Shown: piece after piece, positions 1-11,990 of the stretch
How positions within the stretch are numbered: position 1 is the stretch's first letter
Layout: each line of letters begins with the position of its first letter
Translations under genes and position numbers: made by a program
Assembly: GCA_036506355.1 (NCBI GenBank)
Contig: DASXRW010000340.1
Coordinates: forward strand, 1 to 36,129
Source of the DNA: Burkholderiales bacterium
Lineage (GTDB): Bacteria > Pseudomonadota > Gammaproteobacteria > Burkholderiales > SG8-39
Reading direction: 5' to 3'
DNA: 36,129 nucleotides
The notes under the pieces: generated by a model
The model's input: the letters and a program-made list of their open reading frames with translations, nothing else
Databases searched by the model: none
What the model was told of the DNA's origin: nothing

Positions 1-345
1 CGCCACCAGCACCGGCAGGTCGAAATTGCGGCCGTTCCAGGAGATGAGCTGTGGCGTGTACTTCTGGATACCGTCGAAGAAGCGCTGGATCGCCACGGCC
101 TCGCTCACCTCGGGCTCGCCGATCGAGAACACCCACACCTCGTCGTCATGGCGCAGCACGCAGGAGATCACCACCACGCGCTGCAGGTGCGGCGGCAGAA
201 AGTCGTTCCCGGCGACGGCGCGGCGCTTCTGGAACGCCACCTCGGCGACCTCGACGTCGGGCAGATCGTCCGGCAGCTTGTAGAGCCGCCGGATCCCGGG
301 GCAGTCGGGAATCGTCTCGATGTCGAAGGCGAGGATCGGCGTCAT
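1..345 (-). CDS. PolB-exonuclease-like 3'-5' exonuclease family protein, N-terminal 115 aa only (gene runs off the window start)
   Basis: Open minus-strand frame from ATG 343-345 to position 1; absent from the ORF track because it has no stop in the window. Translation [27 protein letters not shown]...QLISWNGRNFDLPVLVA carries the FDIET exo-I-type motif and WNGxxFDxP. The ATG overlaps the cysM stop (ATGA). Family assignment is from memory of the motif pattern. Confidence 0.6.
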   Translation of the reverse strand, partial: MTPILAFDIETIPDCPGIRRLYKLPDDLPDVEVAEVAFQKRRAVAGNDFLPPHLQRVVVISCVLRHDDEVWVFSIGEPEVSEAVAIQRFFDGIQKYTPQLISWNGRNFDLPVLVA

Positions 346-1235
346 CAGTCCGGAAAGACGCCGGTGGTCAGGTAGCGATCGCCGCGGTCGCAGACGATGG
401 TGACGATGACCGCGTTTTTCAGCTCCCGCGAGATGCGCAGCGTCACGTGCATCGCGCCGCCGGAAGAGATGCCGGCGAAGATGCCCTCTTCGCGCGCGAG
501 GCGGCGCGTCATTTCCTCGGCGTCGGCCTGGCTCACGTATTCGAGGCGGTCGACGCGCTTGCGATCGTAGATCTTGGGCAGATAAGCCTCGGGCCACTTG
601 CGGATGCCGGGAATCTGCGAGCCTTCCTCGGGCTGGCAGCCGATGATCTGGATGCTCTTATTCTTCTCCTTGAAGAAGCGCGAGCAGCCCATGATGGTGC
701 CGGTCGTGCCCATGCTCGAGACGAAGTGCGTGACGCGCCCGTCGGTGTCGCGCCAGATCTCGGGGCCGGTGGTCTCGTAGTGCACCAGCGGATTGTCGGG
801 ATTGGCGAACTGGTCGAGCATCGTGCCCTTGCCTTCGCGCACCAGCCGCTCGGCGAGGTCGCGCGCGGCCTCCATGCCGCCCTTCTGCGGCGTGAGGATG
901 ATCTCGGCGCCGAAGGCGCGCATCGCCTGCCGCCGCTCCGCCGAGAGGTGCTCGGGCATGATCAGCACCATGCGGTAGCCGCGCGTCGCGGCGGCCATGG
1001 CGAGCGCGATACCGGTGTTGCCGGAGGTCGGCTCGATCAGCGTGTCGCCGCGCTTGATGCGCCCGCGCTCTTCGGCATGCCGGATCATCGAGATCGCGGG
1101 TCGATCCTTCACCGAGCCGGCAGGGTTATTCCCCTCAAGCTTTGCGAGGATGACATTTTTATTCTGTGAACCCGGCAGGCGCTGCAGCCGCACGAGCGGC
1201 GTGTTGCCGATGAAGTCCTCGAGGGTCTTTTTCAC
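345..1235 (-). CDS. cysM: cysteine synthase B (O-acetylserine sulfhydrylase B)
   Basis: 296-aa [29 protein letters not shown] (PLP lysine motif) and [10 protein letters not shown] are near-collinear with E. coli CysM as I recall it. GTG start overlaps the hldD stop (GTGA). Confidence 0.9.
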   Translation of the reverse strand: MKKTLEDFIGNTPLVRLQRLPGSQNKNVILAKLEGNNPAGSVKDRPAISMIRHAEERGRIKRGDTLIEPTSGNTGIALAMAAATRGYRMVLIMPEHLSAERRQAMRAFGAEIILTPQKGGMEAARDLAERLVREGKGTMLDQFANPDNPLVHYETTGPEIWRDTDGRVTHFVSSMGTTGTIMGCSRFFKEKNKSIQIIGCQPEEGSQIPGIRKWPEAYLPKIYDRKRVDRLEYVSQADAEEMTRRLAREEGIFAGISSGGAMHVTLRISRELKNAVIVTIVCDRGDRYLTTGVFPD

Positions 1236-2209
1236 TTGCGCTGCAGCTCTTTCACGTAGGCGCTGACGCCTTGCTCGACGTCCATGAACGCAGCCGAGTA
1301 GCCGGCCTCGCGCAGCCTTGCGAGATCGGCCTGGGTGTAGCTCTGGTACTTGCCGACCAGGGGCGGCGGGAAGGGGATGTATTCGATCAGCCCCTTCGCC
1401 ACCACATCGCGCAGGCTCGAGCGCGTGCCGTGCACGGCGTTGACCACGGCGAGCGCGAGCTCGTTGAAGCTTTGCGCGCGCCCGGTGCCGCAGTTGTAGA
1501 TGCCGGAGACCTCGCGCCGCTCGAGGAACCAGAGGTTGACCGCGACCACGTCGTCGACGTGGATGAAGTCGCGGCGCTGCTCGCCGTCGGCGTAGCCGTC
1601 CGAGCCGACAAAGAGCTTCACCCTGCCTTCGTTGTGGAGCTGCTCGTAGGCATGCAGCGCGACCGAGGCCATGCGGCCCTTGTGCGCCTCGTTCGGCCCG
1701 TAGACGTTGAAGTAGCGCAGGCCGACGATCTGCGCGCTCGCTTCCGGCAGGCGGCTACGCACCAGCTGGTCGAAGAGGAACTTGGAATAGCCGTAGATGT
1801 TCAGCGGCCGCTCACAGGCGCGCGCTTCGCGGTACTGCGGGCCGCGGCCGTAGACCGAGGCCGACGAGGCGTACAGCAGCGGCACCTCATCGTCCTGGCA
1901 CCACTCCAGCAACCGGCGCGAATACGCGTAGTTGTTGTCCATCATGAAGCGCCCGTCGGTCTCCATGGTGTCGGAGCAGGCGCCCTGGTGCAGCAGCGCC
2001 TCGACGGCGCCGTCCCATTTGTCCAGACCGGAGATGAATTCCGCCTGGTCGATGTAGTCGGCGATCTCGCAGCCCGCGAGGTTCTTGAACTTGTCGGCAT
2101 GCGCGAGATTGTCGACCGCGATGATCTCGCTGACGCCGCGGCGGTTGAGCCCCTCCACCAGCTTCGAGCCGATGAAGCCTGCGGCGCCGGTGACGATGTA
2201 GTAGTTCAT
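1232..2209 (-). CDS. hldD: ADP-L-glycero-D-manno-heptose 6-epimerase
   Basis: 325-aa ORF. N-terminal Rossmann motif [14 protein letters not shown]-type fold length, and context next to the heptose kinase gene. Confidence 0.9.
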   Translation of the reverse strand: MNYYIVTGAAGFIGSKLVEGLNRRGVSEIIAVDNLAHADKFKNLAGCEIADYIDQAEFISGLDKWDGAVEALLHQGACSDTMETDGRFMMDNNYAYSRRLLEWCQDDEVPLLYASSASVYGRGPQYREARACERPLNIYGYSKFLFDQLVRSRLPEASAQIVGLRYFNVYGPNEAHKGRMASVALHAYEQLHNEGRVKLFVGSDGYADGEQRRDFIHVDDVVAVNLWFLERREVSGIYNCGTGRAQSFNELALAVVNAVHGTRSSLRDVVAKGLIEYIPFPPPLVGKYQSYTQADLARLREAGYSAAFMDVEQGVSAYVKELQRK

Positions 2210-3132
2210 TTGCCGAAGATTTCAGCGGGGGTGACCACCGCGGTGCCGAACTTGGTGACCTTGATGCCGCCGGCGCGGTTGGCGATGCGCACCGCGGATT
2301 CCAGCCCCTCGCCCGCGGCGAGCATTACGGCGAGCGCGGCAATCACGGTGTCACCGGCGCCGGTGACGTCCGACACCTCGTGCTTCTCGGCCCGCACGCG
2401 CACCACGCGCCGCGGCCGGAAGAGCGTCATGCCTTCATCGCCGCGCGTGAGGAGCAGCGCATCGAGACGCAGCTTCTCGCGCAGCGCCTGCGCCCGCGAG
2501 GCGAGTTCCTTCTCGTCGCGCCAGCGGCCGACCACGTCGCGCAGCTCCGCGAGGTTCGGCGTGACGACGCTCGCGCCGCGGTAGCGGCTGTAGTCGTCGC
2601 CCTTCGGGTCGACCAGCACGATCTTTCTTGCCTTGCGGCCCTCGCGGATCATGGTGCCGATGTGCTCGAGGCCGCCTTTGCCGTAGTCGGAGAGCAGCAC
2701 CACGTCGCATTCCTTGAGCGCATCGCGGAACTCGGCAAGCTTCGCCGCCAGTACCTCGCGCGAAGGCGGCGCCTCCATGTCGATGCGCAAGAGCTGCTGG
2801 CGCCGGCCGATCACGCGCAGCTTCTGCGTCGTGTGCACGCGCGCGTCGCGATGCAGGCGCGCATCCACGCGGCTGCCTTTGAGCATCTTGGCGAGACGTG
2901 CGCCGGCATCGTCGCGCCCCACGACTGACAGCAGGCGCGTGCGCGCGCCGAGCGCCGCGCAGTTCGCCGCGACGTTGGCCGCGCCGCCGAGGCGGTATTC
3001 CTCCTCGCGGAACAGCAGCACCGGCACCGGTGCCTCGGGCGAGATGCGCGAGGCGTCGCCGTACCAGTAGCGGTCGAGCATCACGTCGCCGACGACGAGG
3101 ACGCGCGCCTTGGCGGTGTCGGGCGCTCTCAC
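2206..3132 (-). CDS. hldA: D-glycero-beta-D-manno-heptose-7-phosphate kinase (RfaE domain I type, stand-alone)
   Basis: 308-aa [18 protein letters not shown]...ISPEAPVPV and C-terminal TGAGDTV ribokinase-family motif. GTG start overlaps the ugd stop. Confidence 0.85.
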   Translation of the reverse strand: MRAPDTAKARVLVVGDVMLDRYWYGDASRISPEAPVPVLLFREEEYRLGGAANVAANCAALGARTRLLSVVGRDDAGARLAKMLKGSRVDARLHRDARVHTTQKLRVIGRRQQLLRIDMEAPPSREVLAAKLAEFRDALKECDVVLLSDYGKGGLEHIGTMIREGRKARKIVLVDPKGDDYSRYRGASVVTPNLAELRDVVGRWRDEKELASRAQALREKLRLDALLLTRGDEGMTLFRPRRVVRVRAEKHEVSDVTGAGDTVIAALAVMLAAGEGLESAVRIANRAGGIKVTKFGTAVVTPAEIFGK

Positions 3133-4454
3133 TGCCTTCTACCGATGGGGTAGTACTCCAGTCCCTGCGCGCGCAGCGCTGCCGGGTCGTAGAGGTTGCG
3201 GCCGTCGAAGATGGCGGGGGTCTTCAGCGCTTTCTTGATGGCGGCGAAATCAGGGCTGCGGAATTCCTGCCACTCGGTGAGGATCGCCAGCGCGTCGGCG
3301 TCCTCGAGCGCGTCAAGCGCATGATCGACGATGGTGATGCTGCGGCTGTCGGCAAAGATTTTCCGCGCCTCGACGCCCGCCGCCGGGTCGTAGGCGCGCA
3401 CGGTGGCGCCGGCCGCCACCAGGTCGTCGATCAGCGCGAGGCTCGGCGCCTCGCGCATGTCATCGGTGTTGGCCTTGAACGCGAGTCCCCACACGGCGAT
3501 GCATCTGCCGCGCAGCTGGTTGTCGAAGCGGTCGCGGATCTTGAAGCCGAGCACGTGCTTTTGCGCTTCGTTCACTTCCTCGACCGCGCCGAGCAGGCGC
3601 AGCGGCTTGCCCGCCTCCTGGGCGCTGCGCTGCAGGGCTTTCACGTCCTTCGGGAAGCACGAGCCGCCGAAGCCCACGCCGGCGTAAAGGAACTGGTAGC
3701 CGATGCGCGGATCGGAGCCGATGCCGCGGCGCACCTCCTCTATATCGGCGCCGATCGCCTCGGCGAGGTTTGCCACTTCGTTCATGAAGGAGATGCGCGT
3801 GGCGAGCATCGCATTGGCGGCGTATTTCGTGAGCTCGGCCGAGCGCACGCTCATCACGATGATGCGCTCGCGGTTGCGCTGGAACGGCGCGTAGAGGCTG
3901 CGCAGCATGGCGATCGCGCGCTGATCGTCGGAGCCCACGATGATGCGGTCGGGGCGCATGAAGTCTTCCACTGCAGCGCCTTCTTTGAGGAATTCCGGAT
4001 TCGACACCACGGTGAAATCGCTCCCCAGGTGGCGCTTCTTCTGCTCCTCGATGATCGCCTGCTTCACCTTGTCGGCGGTGCCGACCGGCACGGTCGACTT
4101 CGTCACCACCACCTTGTAGCCGTCCATGTGGCGGCCGATGGCGCGCGCGGCGGCGATCACGTGCTGCAGGTCGGCCGAGCCGTCCTCGCCGGGCGGCGTG
4201 CCCACGGCGATCAGCTGCAGCTCTGCGTGCGCCACGCTCGCCGCAACGTCGGTGGCAAAGCGCAAGCGCCCGGCTTCCTCATTGCGCTTCACGATGGGCT
4301 CCAGGCCCGGCTCAAAGATCGGGATGTCGCCCGCGTTCAGGCGCGCGATCTTGCGCTCGTCGAGATCGAGGCAGAACACGGTGTTGCCGGCGTCCGCGAG
4401 GCAGGCGCCGGTGACGAGGCCGACATAGCCGGTACCAACGACGGTGACGTTCAT
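3129..4454 (-). CDS. ugd: UDP-glucose 6-dehydrogenase
   Basis: 441-aa ORF. N-terminal [19 protein letters not shown] fold and the GGSCFPKD catalytic Cys motif. Confidence 0.9.
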   Translation of the reverse strand: MNVTVVGTGYVGLVTGACLADAGNTVFCLDLDERKIARLNAGDIPIFEPGLEPIVKRNEEAGRLRFATDVAASVAHAELQLIAVGTPPGEDGSADLQHVIAAARAIGRHMDGYKVVVTKSTVPVGTADKVKQAIIEEQKKRHLGSDFTVVSNPEFLKEGAAVEDFMRPDRIIVGSDDQRAIAMLRSLYAPFQRNRERIIVMSVRSAELTKYAANAMLATRISFMNEVANLAEAIGADIEEVRRGIGSDPRIGYQFLYAGVGFGGSCFPKDVKALQRSAQEAGKPLRLLGAVEEVNEAQKHVLGFKIRDRFDNQLRGRCIAVWGLAFKANTDDMREAPSLALIDDLVAAGATVRAYDPAAGVEARKIFADSRSITIVDHALDALEDADALAILTEWQEFRSPDFAAIKKALKTPAIFDGRNLYDPAALRAQGLEYYPIGRRQ

Positions 4455-5617
4455 GGGGTCAGTTCAAATTCCTCAGTGCGCCGCGGCGGGTAGGTCTCCC
4501 AGCCGCCGCAGGCGGGACAGCGCCAGTAGAACTGGCGCGCCTTGAAGCCGCAGGTCTCGCAGCGGTAGCGCGCGAGCCGGCGGGTGTGGCCGTGCACGAG
4601 ATTGCGCACGAGTTCGAGATCGCGCCGGCGGTCGGGCGAGCCGGCGGCGATGATCTGCGCTTCCAGCAGCCGATCGAGGCCAAGCAGCGTCGGATTCCTG
4701 CGCAGCTCGTCGCGCACCAGCCGGTACGCCTCCTCGTGGCCCTTGGCCTCGAGGGTGTGCTGGAACACGGTGTCGAGCAGATCGAGCGACGGGTAGCGCT
4801 CGAGGTAGCCGGCGAGCAGATGCAGCCCCTCCTCGGCGCGGCCGCCCTCGCGATGCGCCTCATAGAGCCGCTGCGCGGCGAGCGCCAGGTACGCGGGATT
4901 CTGCGATTCGATGCGTTTCCAGTGCTCGATGGCGCGCTCGAGATTGCCCGCAGCCCGCTCGAGATCGCCCAGCTGCAGGCTGGCGCGCACGCATTTGCGG
5001 TTGGCCTCGAGCGCCGCCGCCAGGTGCTTGCGCGCGGCGTCGGGCCGCGATTGCGCCGCCTCCGAGGTGGCGAGCTCGCAGTGGTACTGCGCGAGTTCGC
5101 GCGGATCGGAGCCGACGTGGCGCGTCATGTCGATGGCGCGGTTCCAGTCCTTCTCCTGCTCGTAGATCTCGAGGAGGTGCGCGCGCGCCGCCGACGCCTG
5201 CGGGCTTTTCTCCAGCTTCTTGAACACCTCCTCGGCACGGTCGAGGATCCCCGCCTTGAGGTAGTCCTGCCCCAGCTCGGCGAGCGCGATCACCTTCTGG
5301 TCCTCGGCAAGGTCGGCGCGCTCGAGCAAGTTCTGGTGCATGCGGATCGCGCGGTCATACTCGCCGCGCCGGCGAAAGAGACTTCCCAGCGCGAAGTGCA
5401 GCTCGATCGTCTCGGGATCGACCTTGACCACCTCGATGAAAGCCTCGATCGCCTTGTCGGGCTGCTCGTTCAGGAGGAAGTTGAGCCCCTTGAAGTACGA
5501 GCGCGGCAGCGCGCGCGATTCGGTGACGATCTGCTTGATGTCGATGCGCGCCGCGATCCAGCCCAGGCCGAAGAACAGCGGCAGCCCAAGCAGCCACCAG
5601 TACTCGAACTCGACCAC
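4451..5617 (-). CDS. lapB: lipopolysaccharide assembly protein LapB (YciM): N-terminal TM helix, TPR repeats, C-terminal rubredoxin-like Cys4
   Basis: 388-aa ORF. Hydrophobic N-terminus, TPR-like repeats, C-terminal CETCGF...[12 protein letters not shown] start preceded by GAGGAG. Follows lapA as in other proteobacteria. Confidence 0.88.
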   Translation of the reverse strand: MVEFEYWWLLGLPLFFGLGWIAARIDIKQIVTESRALPRSYFKGLNFLLNEQPDKAIEAFIEVVKVDPETIELHFALGSLFRRRGEYDRAIRMHQNLLERADLAEDQKVIALAELGQDYLKAGILDRAEEVFKKLEKSPQASAARAHLLEIYEQEKDWNRAIDMTRHVGSDPRELAQYHCELATSEAAQSRPDAARKHLAAALEANRKCVRASLQLGDLERAAGNLERAIEHWKRIESQNPAYLALAAQRLYEAHREGGRAEEGLHLLAGYLERYPSLDLLDTVFQHTLEAKGHEEAYRLVRDELRRNPTLLGLDRLLEAQIIAAGSPDRRRDLELVRNLVHGHTRRLARYRCETCGFKARQFYWRCPACGGWETYPPRRTEEFELTP

Positions 5618-5629
5618 TCAGCTCCTCAT

Positions 5630-5905
5630 CTAAAGTTCGGCGACCGGCGGCCGCCCGGGCTCCTCGGGGGGCACGCGCTTCCTGAGGAGCGCGATCTCGC
5701 GGCGCTGGCGCAAGAGCGGCACGACCAGCGCCAGCACGCCGAAGAGTGCGCCGGCGGCGAAGAAGGCGAAGAGCAGCACGACGAGCGGCGCCTGCAGCGC
5801 CATGTCGAAGTAGAAGCGCAGCGTCACCGGCTCGACGTTCTTCGCGGCGAAGGCAATCAGCAGGACGAATACGACCAGGCGGATCGCCCAGGTGACGATG
5901 CGCAC
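5630..5905 (-). CDS. lapA: lipopolysaccharide assembly protein LapA (YciS-like small inner-membrane protein)
   Basis: 91-aa ORF with two hydrophobic helices, in the conserved position between ihfB and lapB. Confidence 0.7.
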   Translation of the reverse strand: MRIVTWAIRLVVFVLLIAFAAKNVEPVTLRFYFDMALQAPLVVLLFAFFAAGALFGVLALVVPLLRQRREIALLRKRVPPEEPGRPPVAEL

Positions 5906-5914
5906 CCGGACGCC

Positions 5915-6247
<333 letters not shown>

Positions 6248-6275
6248 CCGAACCTTCCCCCTTGGTTCTGCCCGC

Positions 6276-8036
6276 TTATTGCTGCGAGCCGGAGCCGCCG
6301 CCCTTGTCGAGCTTCGCGCGCAGCAGCGCGCCCAGATTGGTCGCCCCGGCGCTGGCCGCGGCGTTCTCGGTGCGCAGCTGCTTCATCGCCTCGGTCTCCT
6401 CGGAAAGATCCTTCGCCTTGACCGAAAGGTTGATCGAACGGTTCTTGCGGTCGACGTTGATGATCATCGCCTGCACGCTGTCGGCTTCCTTCAGGTGCTT
6501 GGTCAGGTCATCGATGCGGTCGCGCGAGAACTCGGAGGCGCGCAGATACCCTTCGACGCCACCGATGTCGACCACGGCGCCCTTCGCGTCGACCGACTTC
6601 ACCGTGCCCTGGACGACGCTGTTCTTCTCGTGGCTCGCGATGAAGTTGGTGAACGGATCGCCTTCGAGCTGCTTCACGCCGAGCGAAATGCGCTCGCGCT
6701 CGACGTCGATCGACAGCACCACCGCCTCGAGCTCCTCGCTCTTCTTGAAGTTCTTGACCGCTTCCTCGCCGGGCGTCGACCAGGAGAGATCGGAGAGGTG
6801 CACCAGGCCGTCGATGCCGCCCGGCAGCCCGACGAACACGCCGAAATCGGTGATCGACTTGATCTGGCCCTTCACGCGGTCGCCCTTCTTGTACTCGCGC
6901 GCGAAGTCTTCCCACGGATTCGGCATGCACTGCTTCATGCCGAGCGAGATGCGGCGGCGCTCCTCGTCGATCTCGAGGATCATCACCTCGACCTCGTCGC
7001 CGACCTGCACCACCTTCGACGGATGCACGTTCTTGTTGGTCCAATCCATCTCGGAGACGTGGACCAGCCCCTCGATGCCGCTTTCCACTTCGACGAACGC
7101 GCCATAGTCGGTGAGGTTGGTGACCTTGCCGAACAGGCGCGTGCCCTGCGGGTAGCGCCGGGCGATGCCGACCCACGGGTCTTCACCCAGCTGCTTCAAC
7201 CCCAATGAGACGCGGTTCTTCTCCGCATCGAATTTCAGAACCTTGGCGGTGACTTCGTCGCCGACGTTGAGCACCTCCGACGGGTGCTTCACGCGCCGCC
7301 AGGCGAGGTCGGTGATATGAAGCAGGCCATCGATCCCGCCCAAATCGACGAACGCGCCGTAGTCGGTGATGTTCTTGACGATGCCCTTGACGGTGGCGCC
7401 TTCCTGCAGCGACGCGAGCAGCTGCTCGCGCTCGGCGCCGGCGGTCTCCTCGAGCACGGCGCGGCGCGACACGACGACGTTGTTGCGCTTGCGGTCGAGC
7501 TTGATGACCTTGAAATCCATTTCCTTGCCTTCATACGGCGTGGTGTCCTTGACCGGGCGCAGGTCGACGAGCGAGCCGGGCAGGAACGCGCGGATGCCCT
7601 TCGTCATGACGGTGAGGCCGCCCTTCACCTTGCCGGTGATGACGCCTTTCACCTTCTCGCCGTTCTCGAGCGACTTCTCGAGCTCGAGCCAGGCGGCCAT
7701 GCGCTTCGCCTTGTCGCGCGACAGGCGCGTCGCGCCAAAGCCGTCTTCCAGCGCCTCGATCGAGACGCTGACGAAATCGCCTGCCTTTACATCGACCTGC
7801 CCCGCATCGTTGCGAAACTCGTCGGACGGAATGATGCTTTCGGACTTCAGCCCCGCGTTCACCACCACGAAGTTATCGTCGACGCTCAGCACCTCGGCGG
7901 TGATCACTTCGCCGACGCGCATCTCCTTGCGATTGAGGCTCTCCTCGAAGAGCGCGGCGAACGACTCGCCGCCGGACGCTTGCGCGGACTTCGGCGACGA
8001 CTTCTGGGACGACGGTGCTGGGGAAATGCTAGCCAT
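6276..8036 (-). CDS. rpsA: 30S ribosomal protein S1
   Basis: 586-aa ORF with six S1-domain repeats (repeated G.V..I..FGAFV.L motifs). [11 protein letters not shown] lies near the N-terminus, preceded by a 24-aa Ser/Pro-rich extension. Confidence 0.95.
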   Translation of the reverse strand: MASISPAPSSQKSSPKSAQASGGESFAALFEESLNRKEMRVGEVITAEVLSVDDNFVVVNAGLKSESIIPSDEFRNDAGQVDVKAGDFVSVSIEALEDGFGATRLSRDKAKRMAAWLELEKSLENGEKVKGVITGKVKGGLTVMTKGIRAFLPGSLVDLRPVKDTTPYEGKEMDFKVIKLDRKRNNVVVSRRAVLEETAGAEREQLLASLQEGATVKGIVKNITDYGAFVDLGGIDGLLHITDLAWRRVKHPSEVLNVGDEVTAKVLKFDAEKNRVSLGLKQLGEDPWVGIARRYPQGTRLFGKVTNLTDYGAFVEVESGIEGLVHVSEMDWTNKNVHPSKVVQVGDEVEVMILEIDEERRRISLGMKQCMPNPWEDFAREYKKGDRVKGQIKSITDFGVFVGLPGGIDGLVHLSDLSWSTPGEEAVKNFKKSEELEAVVLSIDVERERISLGVKQLEGDPFTNFIASHEKNSVVQGTVKSVDAKGAVVDIGGVEGYLRASEFSRDRIDDLTKHLKEADSVQAMIINVDRKNRSINLSVKAKDLSEETEAMKQLRTENAAASAGATNLGALLRAKLDKGGGSGSQQ

Positions 8037-8101
8037 TAAGAAAAAACCTTTTCAAACCGCAAGCTTGCACTCGCGGGTCACGTTGAACACCGAGCAAGCC
8101 G

Positions 8102-8767
8102 TCAGGCCCGCCCACCCAATTTCCTCTCCCGACACCAGCCGACGATGCGCTCCACCACCTCGTCGATCGAAAGCGCTGACGAATCGAGCACTTGCGAGTC
8201 CGGCGCCGGAACCAGCGGCGCGACCGCCCGCTTGGCGTCGCGCTCGTCCCGGTCCCGAAGATCGCGGGAAAGGGCGCGAAGATTAGCATCGATTCCTTTT
8301 TCTATCAACTGCTTATAGCGTCGTTCGGCCCTGATTTCGGGGCTGGCTGTCAAGAACACCTTCAGCTCGGCCTCCGGGAACACCACCGTGCCCATGTCGC
8401 GCCCGTCCGCGACCAGCCCGGGAGGCCGGCGGAAGGCCCGCTGGCGCCGCAGCAGGACCTGGCGGAGGGCGGGGACTTTCGCCACTTCGGAGGCCCGATT
8501 GCCGACGGGCTCGCTGCGCACCTTGTCGTTCACGTCCTCGTCCTCGAGCAAGATTTCGCCCTCGCCGAAGGCGACATCCATCGTCTCCGCGAGCTGCGCC
8601 AGGCGCTTCTCGTCCACGGTGCCCTCGCGCAGCGACAACAGCGCCACGACGCGGTAGAGCGCGCCGCTCTCCAGGTAGTGGAACCCGAGCCGCTTCGCTA
8701 CGCGGCTCGCGATCGTGCCCTTGCCTGAGGCCGAAGGACCATCGATCGCGATCACCGGCGCGCTCAT
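8102..8767 (-). CDS. cmk: cytidylate kinase
   Basis: Internal start of track ORF 8102..9169, chosen at [18 protein letters not shown] (P-loop). This ATG overlaps the aroA stop (ATGA). The upstream 134 codons of the track ORF are the aroA 3' end read out of frame. Confidence 0.9.
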   Translation of the reverse strand: MSAPVIAIDGPSASGKGTIASRVAKRLGFHYLESGALYRVVALLSLREGTVDEKRLAQLAETMDVAFGEGEILLEDEDVNDKVRSEPVGNRASEVAKVPALRQVLLRRQRAFRRPPGLVADGRDMGTVVFPEAELKVFLTASPEIRAERRYKQLIEKGIDANLRALSRDLRDRDERDAKRAVAPLVPAPDSQVLDSSALSIDEVVERIVGWCRERKLGGRA

Positions 8768-10041
8768 GCGCGGATTTTCTCCAGCGCCGCGAAAAAGCCG
8801 GGAAACGTCTTGGCGACGCATTGCGGATCCTGGATGCGCACCGGGACGCCGCCGAACGCGACGAGCGAGAAGCTCATCGCCATGCGGTGATCGTCGTAGG
8901 TCTCGATGCTCACGCCCGGCTTCACGGCGCCCGGGGTGATGCGCAGATAGTCCGCGCCCTCCTCCACGCTCGCACCGAGCTTGCGCAGCTCGGTCGCCAT
9001 CGCCGCCAGGCGGTCGGTCTCCTTCACGCGCCAGCTCGCGATGTTGCGCAGCGTGCTCGGGCCGTCGGCGAAGAGCGCGAGCACCGCGGCGGTCATCGCG
9101 GCGTCCGGGATGTGATTCAGATCCAGGTCGACCGCGCGCAGCTGGCCGCGCGCCGCGCATTCGATCCACCCGTCGCCCATGCGTACGCTGGCACCCATCG
9201 CGTCCAGCACTTCCGCAAAGCGCACATCGCCCTGGATGCTCTCGCGCCCAACGCCTTCGACGCGCACCGGGCCGCCGCCGAGCGCGCCGGCGGCGAGAAA
9301 GTAGGAGGCGGACGAAGCGTCGCCCTCGACGAAGATCCTGCCTGGCGACGAATATTTCCCACCCGGGATGGAGAAACGCGCCCAGCCGCTGCGCGCGACC
9401 TCGAGCCCGAAGCGGCGCATCACGTTGAGCGTGATCTCGACGTAGGGCTTGGAGACGAGCTCGCCTTGCACCTCGATGGTCGCCGCTTTGCCGGTGAGCG
9501 GCAGCGCCATCAAGAGCGCGGTCAGGAACTGGGACGAGACGTCGCCTTTCACGCGGACCGGGGCGTCTACCTTGATTTTTGCCGGGTGGACCATGAGCGG
9601 CGGAAAGCCCGGCTTGCCGCGGTAATCGATGCGCGCGCCGATCGAGCGCAACGCATCGACCAGGTCGCCGATCGGCCGCTCGTGCATGCGCGGCACGCCC
9701 GACACGAAGTAATCGCCGCCGCTGAGCGCGAGCGCCGCGGTGAGCGGGCGCAGCGCGGTGCCGGCGTTGCCGAGGAAGAGATCGGCCTTCTTTTCGGTGA
9801 ACGGACCGCCGCTGCCGTGGACCTTGATGCCGTCTGCGCGTTCCGAGAGCGCGACCCCCAGACGCGCAAGCGCCTCGCGCATGACGCGCGTGTCCTCGGC
9901 GTCGAGCAGGCCGCTCACGTCCGTCTCGCCTTCGGCAAGCGCGGCGAGCAGCAAGACACGATTGGAGATGCTTTTCGAGCCCGGCAGGCGCACCGTGCCG
10001 CGCGCGCCGCGCGCCGGCTTCAGGTCGAGGACTTCAGCCAT
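8764..10041 (-). CDS. aroA: 3-phosphoshikimate 1-carboxyvinyltransferase (EPSP synthase)
   Basis: Start chosen at MAEVLDLKP...[22 protein letters not shown], the classic EPSPS N-terminus. 425 aa. Overlaps the tyrA 3' end by 22 nt. Confidence 0.92.
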   Translation of the reverse strand: MAEVLDLKPARGARGTVRLPGSKSISNRVLLLAALAEGETDVSGLLDAEDTRVMREALARLGVALSERADGIKVHGSGGPFTEKKADLFLGNAGTALRPLTAALALSGGDYFVSGVPRMHERPIGDLVDALRSIGARIDYRGKPGFPPLMVHPAKIKVDAPVRVKGDVSSQFLTALLMALPLTGKAATIEVQGELVSKPYVEITLNVMRRFGLEVARSGWARFSIPGGKYSSPGRIFVEGDASSASYFLAAGALGGGPVRVEGVGRESIQGDVRFAEVLDAMGASVRMGDGWIECAARGQLRAVDLDLNHIPDAAMTAAVLALFADGPSTLRNIASWRVKETDRLAAMATELRKLGASVEEGADYLRITPGAVKPGVSIETYDDHRMAMSFSLVAFGGVPVRIQDPQCVAKTFPGFFAALEKIRA

Positions 10042-10880
10042 CGGTCGCGCGCGTCGCGCGCTCCGGCGAAGAGCTTTTCCAGCCCGGCGGCGTCGGCGGC
10101 CTGCAGGAGCTTCTCCATTGCACCGAGCTGCGCCCGGTAGCGGCCCAGCTCCTGCAGCAGTCGGTCGCGGTTGGCGATGCAGATATCGCGCCACATCTCG
10201 GGATGACTGGAGGCGATGCGGGTGAAATCACGGAAGCCGCCCGCGGCGTACGAGAAGAGCTGCTCGGCGTTGCCGCGCTGCGCGATGTCGTGCACCAGCG
10301 CGTAAGCGAGTAGATGCGGCAGGTGGCTCACCGCGGCGAGCACCGCGTCGTGCTCCTCCGGATCCAGGCGCGTGATGCGCGCGCCGCATGCTTCCCACAT
10401 CGCCTGCACCTCTGCGACGATCGAAGCCGCATTCTCCTTGAGCGGCGTCAGCACGACGCGACGGCCGCGAAACAGCTCGGCGCTCGCGGCGCCGGCCCCG
10501 CTCTGCTCCGCGCCGGCGACCGGGTGCCCGGGCACGAATTGCGCGATGCGCGCGCCCAATGCCGAGCGCGCGGCGGCGACGACGTCGCGCTTCGTGCTGC
10601 CGGCGTCGGTGACGATGGCCCCCGGCTTCAGGCTGGACGCGAGCGCGGCAAAGATGGACGCGAACTGCGCCACCGGCGCGGCGACGAGCACCAGATCGGC
10701 CTCGCGCGCGGCGCTGGCCGGATCCGGCGCGATCGAATCGACGATGCGCCGCTCGCGCGCGAGCTCGAGATTGGCGCGGCTGCGCCCCGCGCCCACCACC
10801 TGCGAGACCTTGCCGGCCTGCTTCAGCGCGAGCGCGAACGAGCCGCCGATCAAGCCGACGCCGATGACGGCGAGGCGCAT
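10020..10880 (-). CDS. tyrA: prephenate/arogenate dehydrogenase
   Basis: 286-aa ORF. N-terminal [18 protein letters not shown] fold, and position between hisC and aroA as in the conserved aromatic supraoperon. Confidence 0.85.
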   Translation of the reverse strand: MRLAVIGVGLIGGSFALALKQAGKVSQVVGAGRSRANLELARERRIVDSIAPDPASAAREADLVLVAAPVAQFASIFAALASSLKPGAIVTDAGSTKRDVVAAARSALGARIAQFVPGHPVAGAEQSGAGAASAELFRGRRVVLTPLKENAASIVAEVQAMWEACGARITRLDPEEHDAVLAAVSHLPHLLAYALVHDIAQRGNAEQLFSYAAGGFRDFTRIASSHPEMWRDICIANRDRLLQELGRYRAQLGAMEKLLQAADAAGLEKLFAGARDARDRWLKSST

Positions 10881-11990
10881 CTATTCCCTGATGCTAGCCG
10901 CGAGCGCGGCGAGGAATTTCTCGTTCTCCAGGACCGTGCCGACCGTGACCCGCAGGTGCTCGGGAAGCTGGTAGCCCCCGCCGACCGGCCGCACGATCAC
11001 GCCGCGGCGCAAGAGGCGCTTGTAAATCTCGAGCGCTTTGCCGACGCGGATAGTGAGGAAGTTGCCGTGCGAAGGAATGAAGTCGAGGCCCAGGCCGCGC
11101 GAGCCTTCCTCGAGCTGGCGCAGGCCGCGCAGGTTCTCGGCATAGCTGCGCGCGACGAACTCCATGTCGTCGAGCGCCGCCGTGGCGGCGGCAAGCGCGA
11201 TGCTGTTCACGTTGAACGGCTGGCGCACGCGATTCATGATGTCGGCGACCGACGGCTGCGCGAACGCGTAGCCAACGCGCAGCCCAGCCAGCCCGTAGGC
11301 CTTGGAGAAGGTGCGCGTGAGGATGAGATTGGGATGGCGGCGCAGCCACTTCACGCTGTCGCCGCGCAGGTCGGCCGACAGGTATTCGTTGTAGGCCTCG
11401 TCCATCACCACGAGCACGCGCTCGGGCACGCGGCGCAGAAACGCCTCCACCTCATCCGGGCGCGCGAAGGTTCCCGTCGGGTTGTTCGGATTGGCGACCC
11501 AGATGACATAGGTCTCGTCATCCACGGCTCGCACCATCGCCTCCAGGTCGTGGCCGTAGTTCGCTGCAGGCACGACGATCGAGCGCGCGCCGCGCGCCTG
11601 CGTGGCGAGCGGATACACCGCAAAGGCGTGCTGCGACATCACCGCAGCGCGTCCCGGCCCGAGGAAGGCAGCCGCAACCAGCTCGAGCACGTCGTTCGAG
11701 CCGTTGCCGAGCACGATCGACGACATGTCCACGCCGTAGCGTGCGGCAAGCGCCTGCTTAAGCTCGAAGCCGTTGCCGTCGGGATAGCGCGCGATGTCGG
11801 CGAGCGCCGCATCGATCGCGGCGCGCGTGCGCGGGCCGATGCCGCGCGGGTTCTCGTTGGAGGCGAGCTTGACGATGCCGGCCTCGTCGAGCCCCATCTC
11901 GCGCGCGAGCTCCGAGATCGGCTTGCCCGGCTGGTACGGCGCGATCGAGCGTACGTACGAGGGCGAAAGCTCGCAGGGATCGATCAGCAT
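10881..11990 (-). CDS. hisC: histidinol-phosphate/aromatic aminotransferase (HisC family, class II PLP)
   Basis: Start chosen at MLIDPCEL...YQPGKPI...KLASNENPRG, the HisC signature. The SKAYGLAGLRVGY motif contains the PLP lysine. The upstream 169 codons of the track ORF are pheA read out of frame. Confidence 0.85.
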   Translation of the reverse strand: MLIDPCELSPSYVRSIAPYQPGKPISELAREMGLDEAGIVKLASNENPRGIGPRTRAAIDAALADIARYPDGNGFELKQALAARYGVDMSSIVLGNGSNDVLELVAAAFLGPGRAAVMSQHAFAVYPLATQARGARSIVVPAANYGHDLEAMVRAVDDETYVIWVANPNNPTGTFARPDEVEAFLRRVPERVLVVMDEAYNEYLSADLRGDSVKWLRRHPNLILTRTFSKAYGLAGLRVGYAFAQPSVADIMNRVRQPFNVNSIALAAATAALDDMEFVARSYAENLRGLRQLEEGSRGLGLDFIPSHGNFLTIRVGKALEIYKRLLRRGVIVRPVGGGYQLPEHLRVTVGTVLENEKFLAALAASIRE

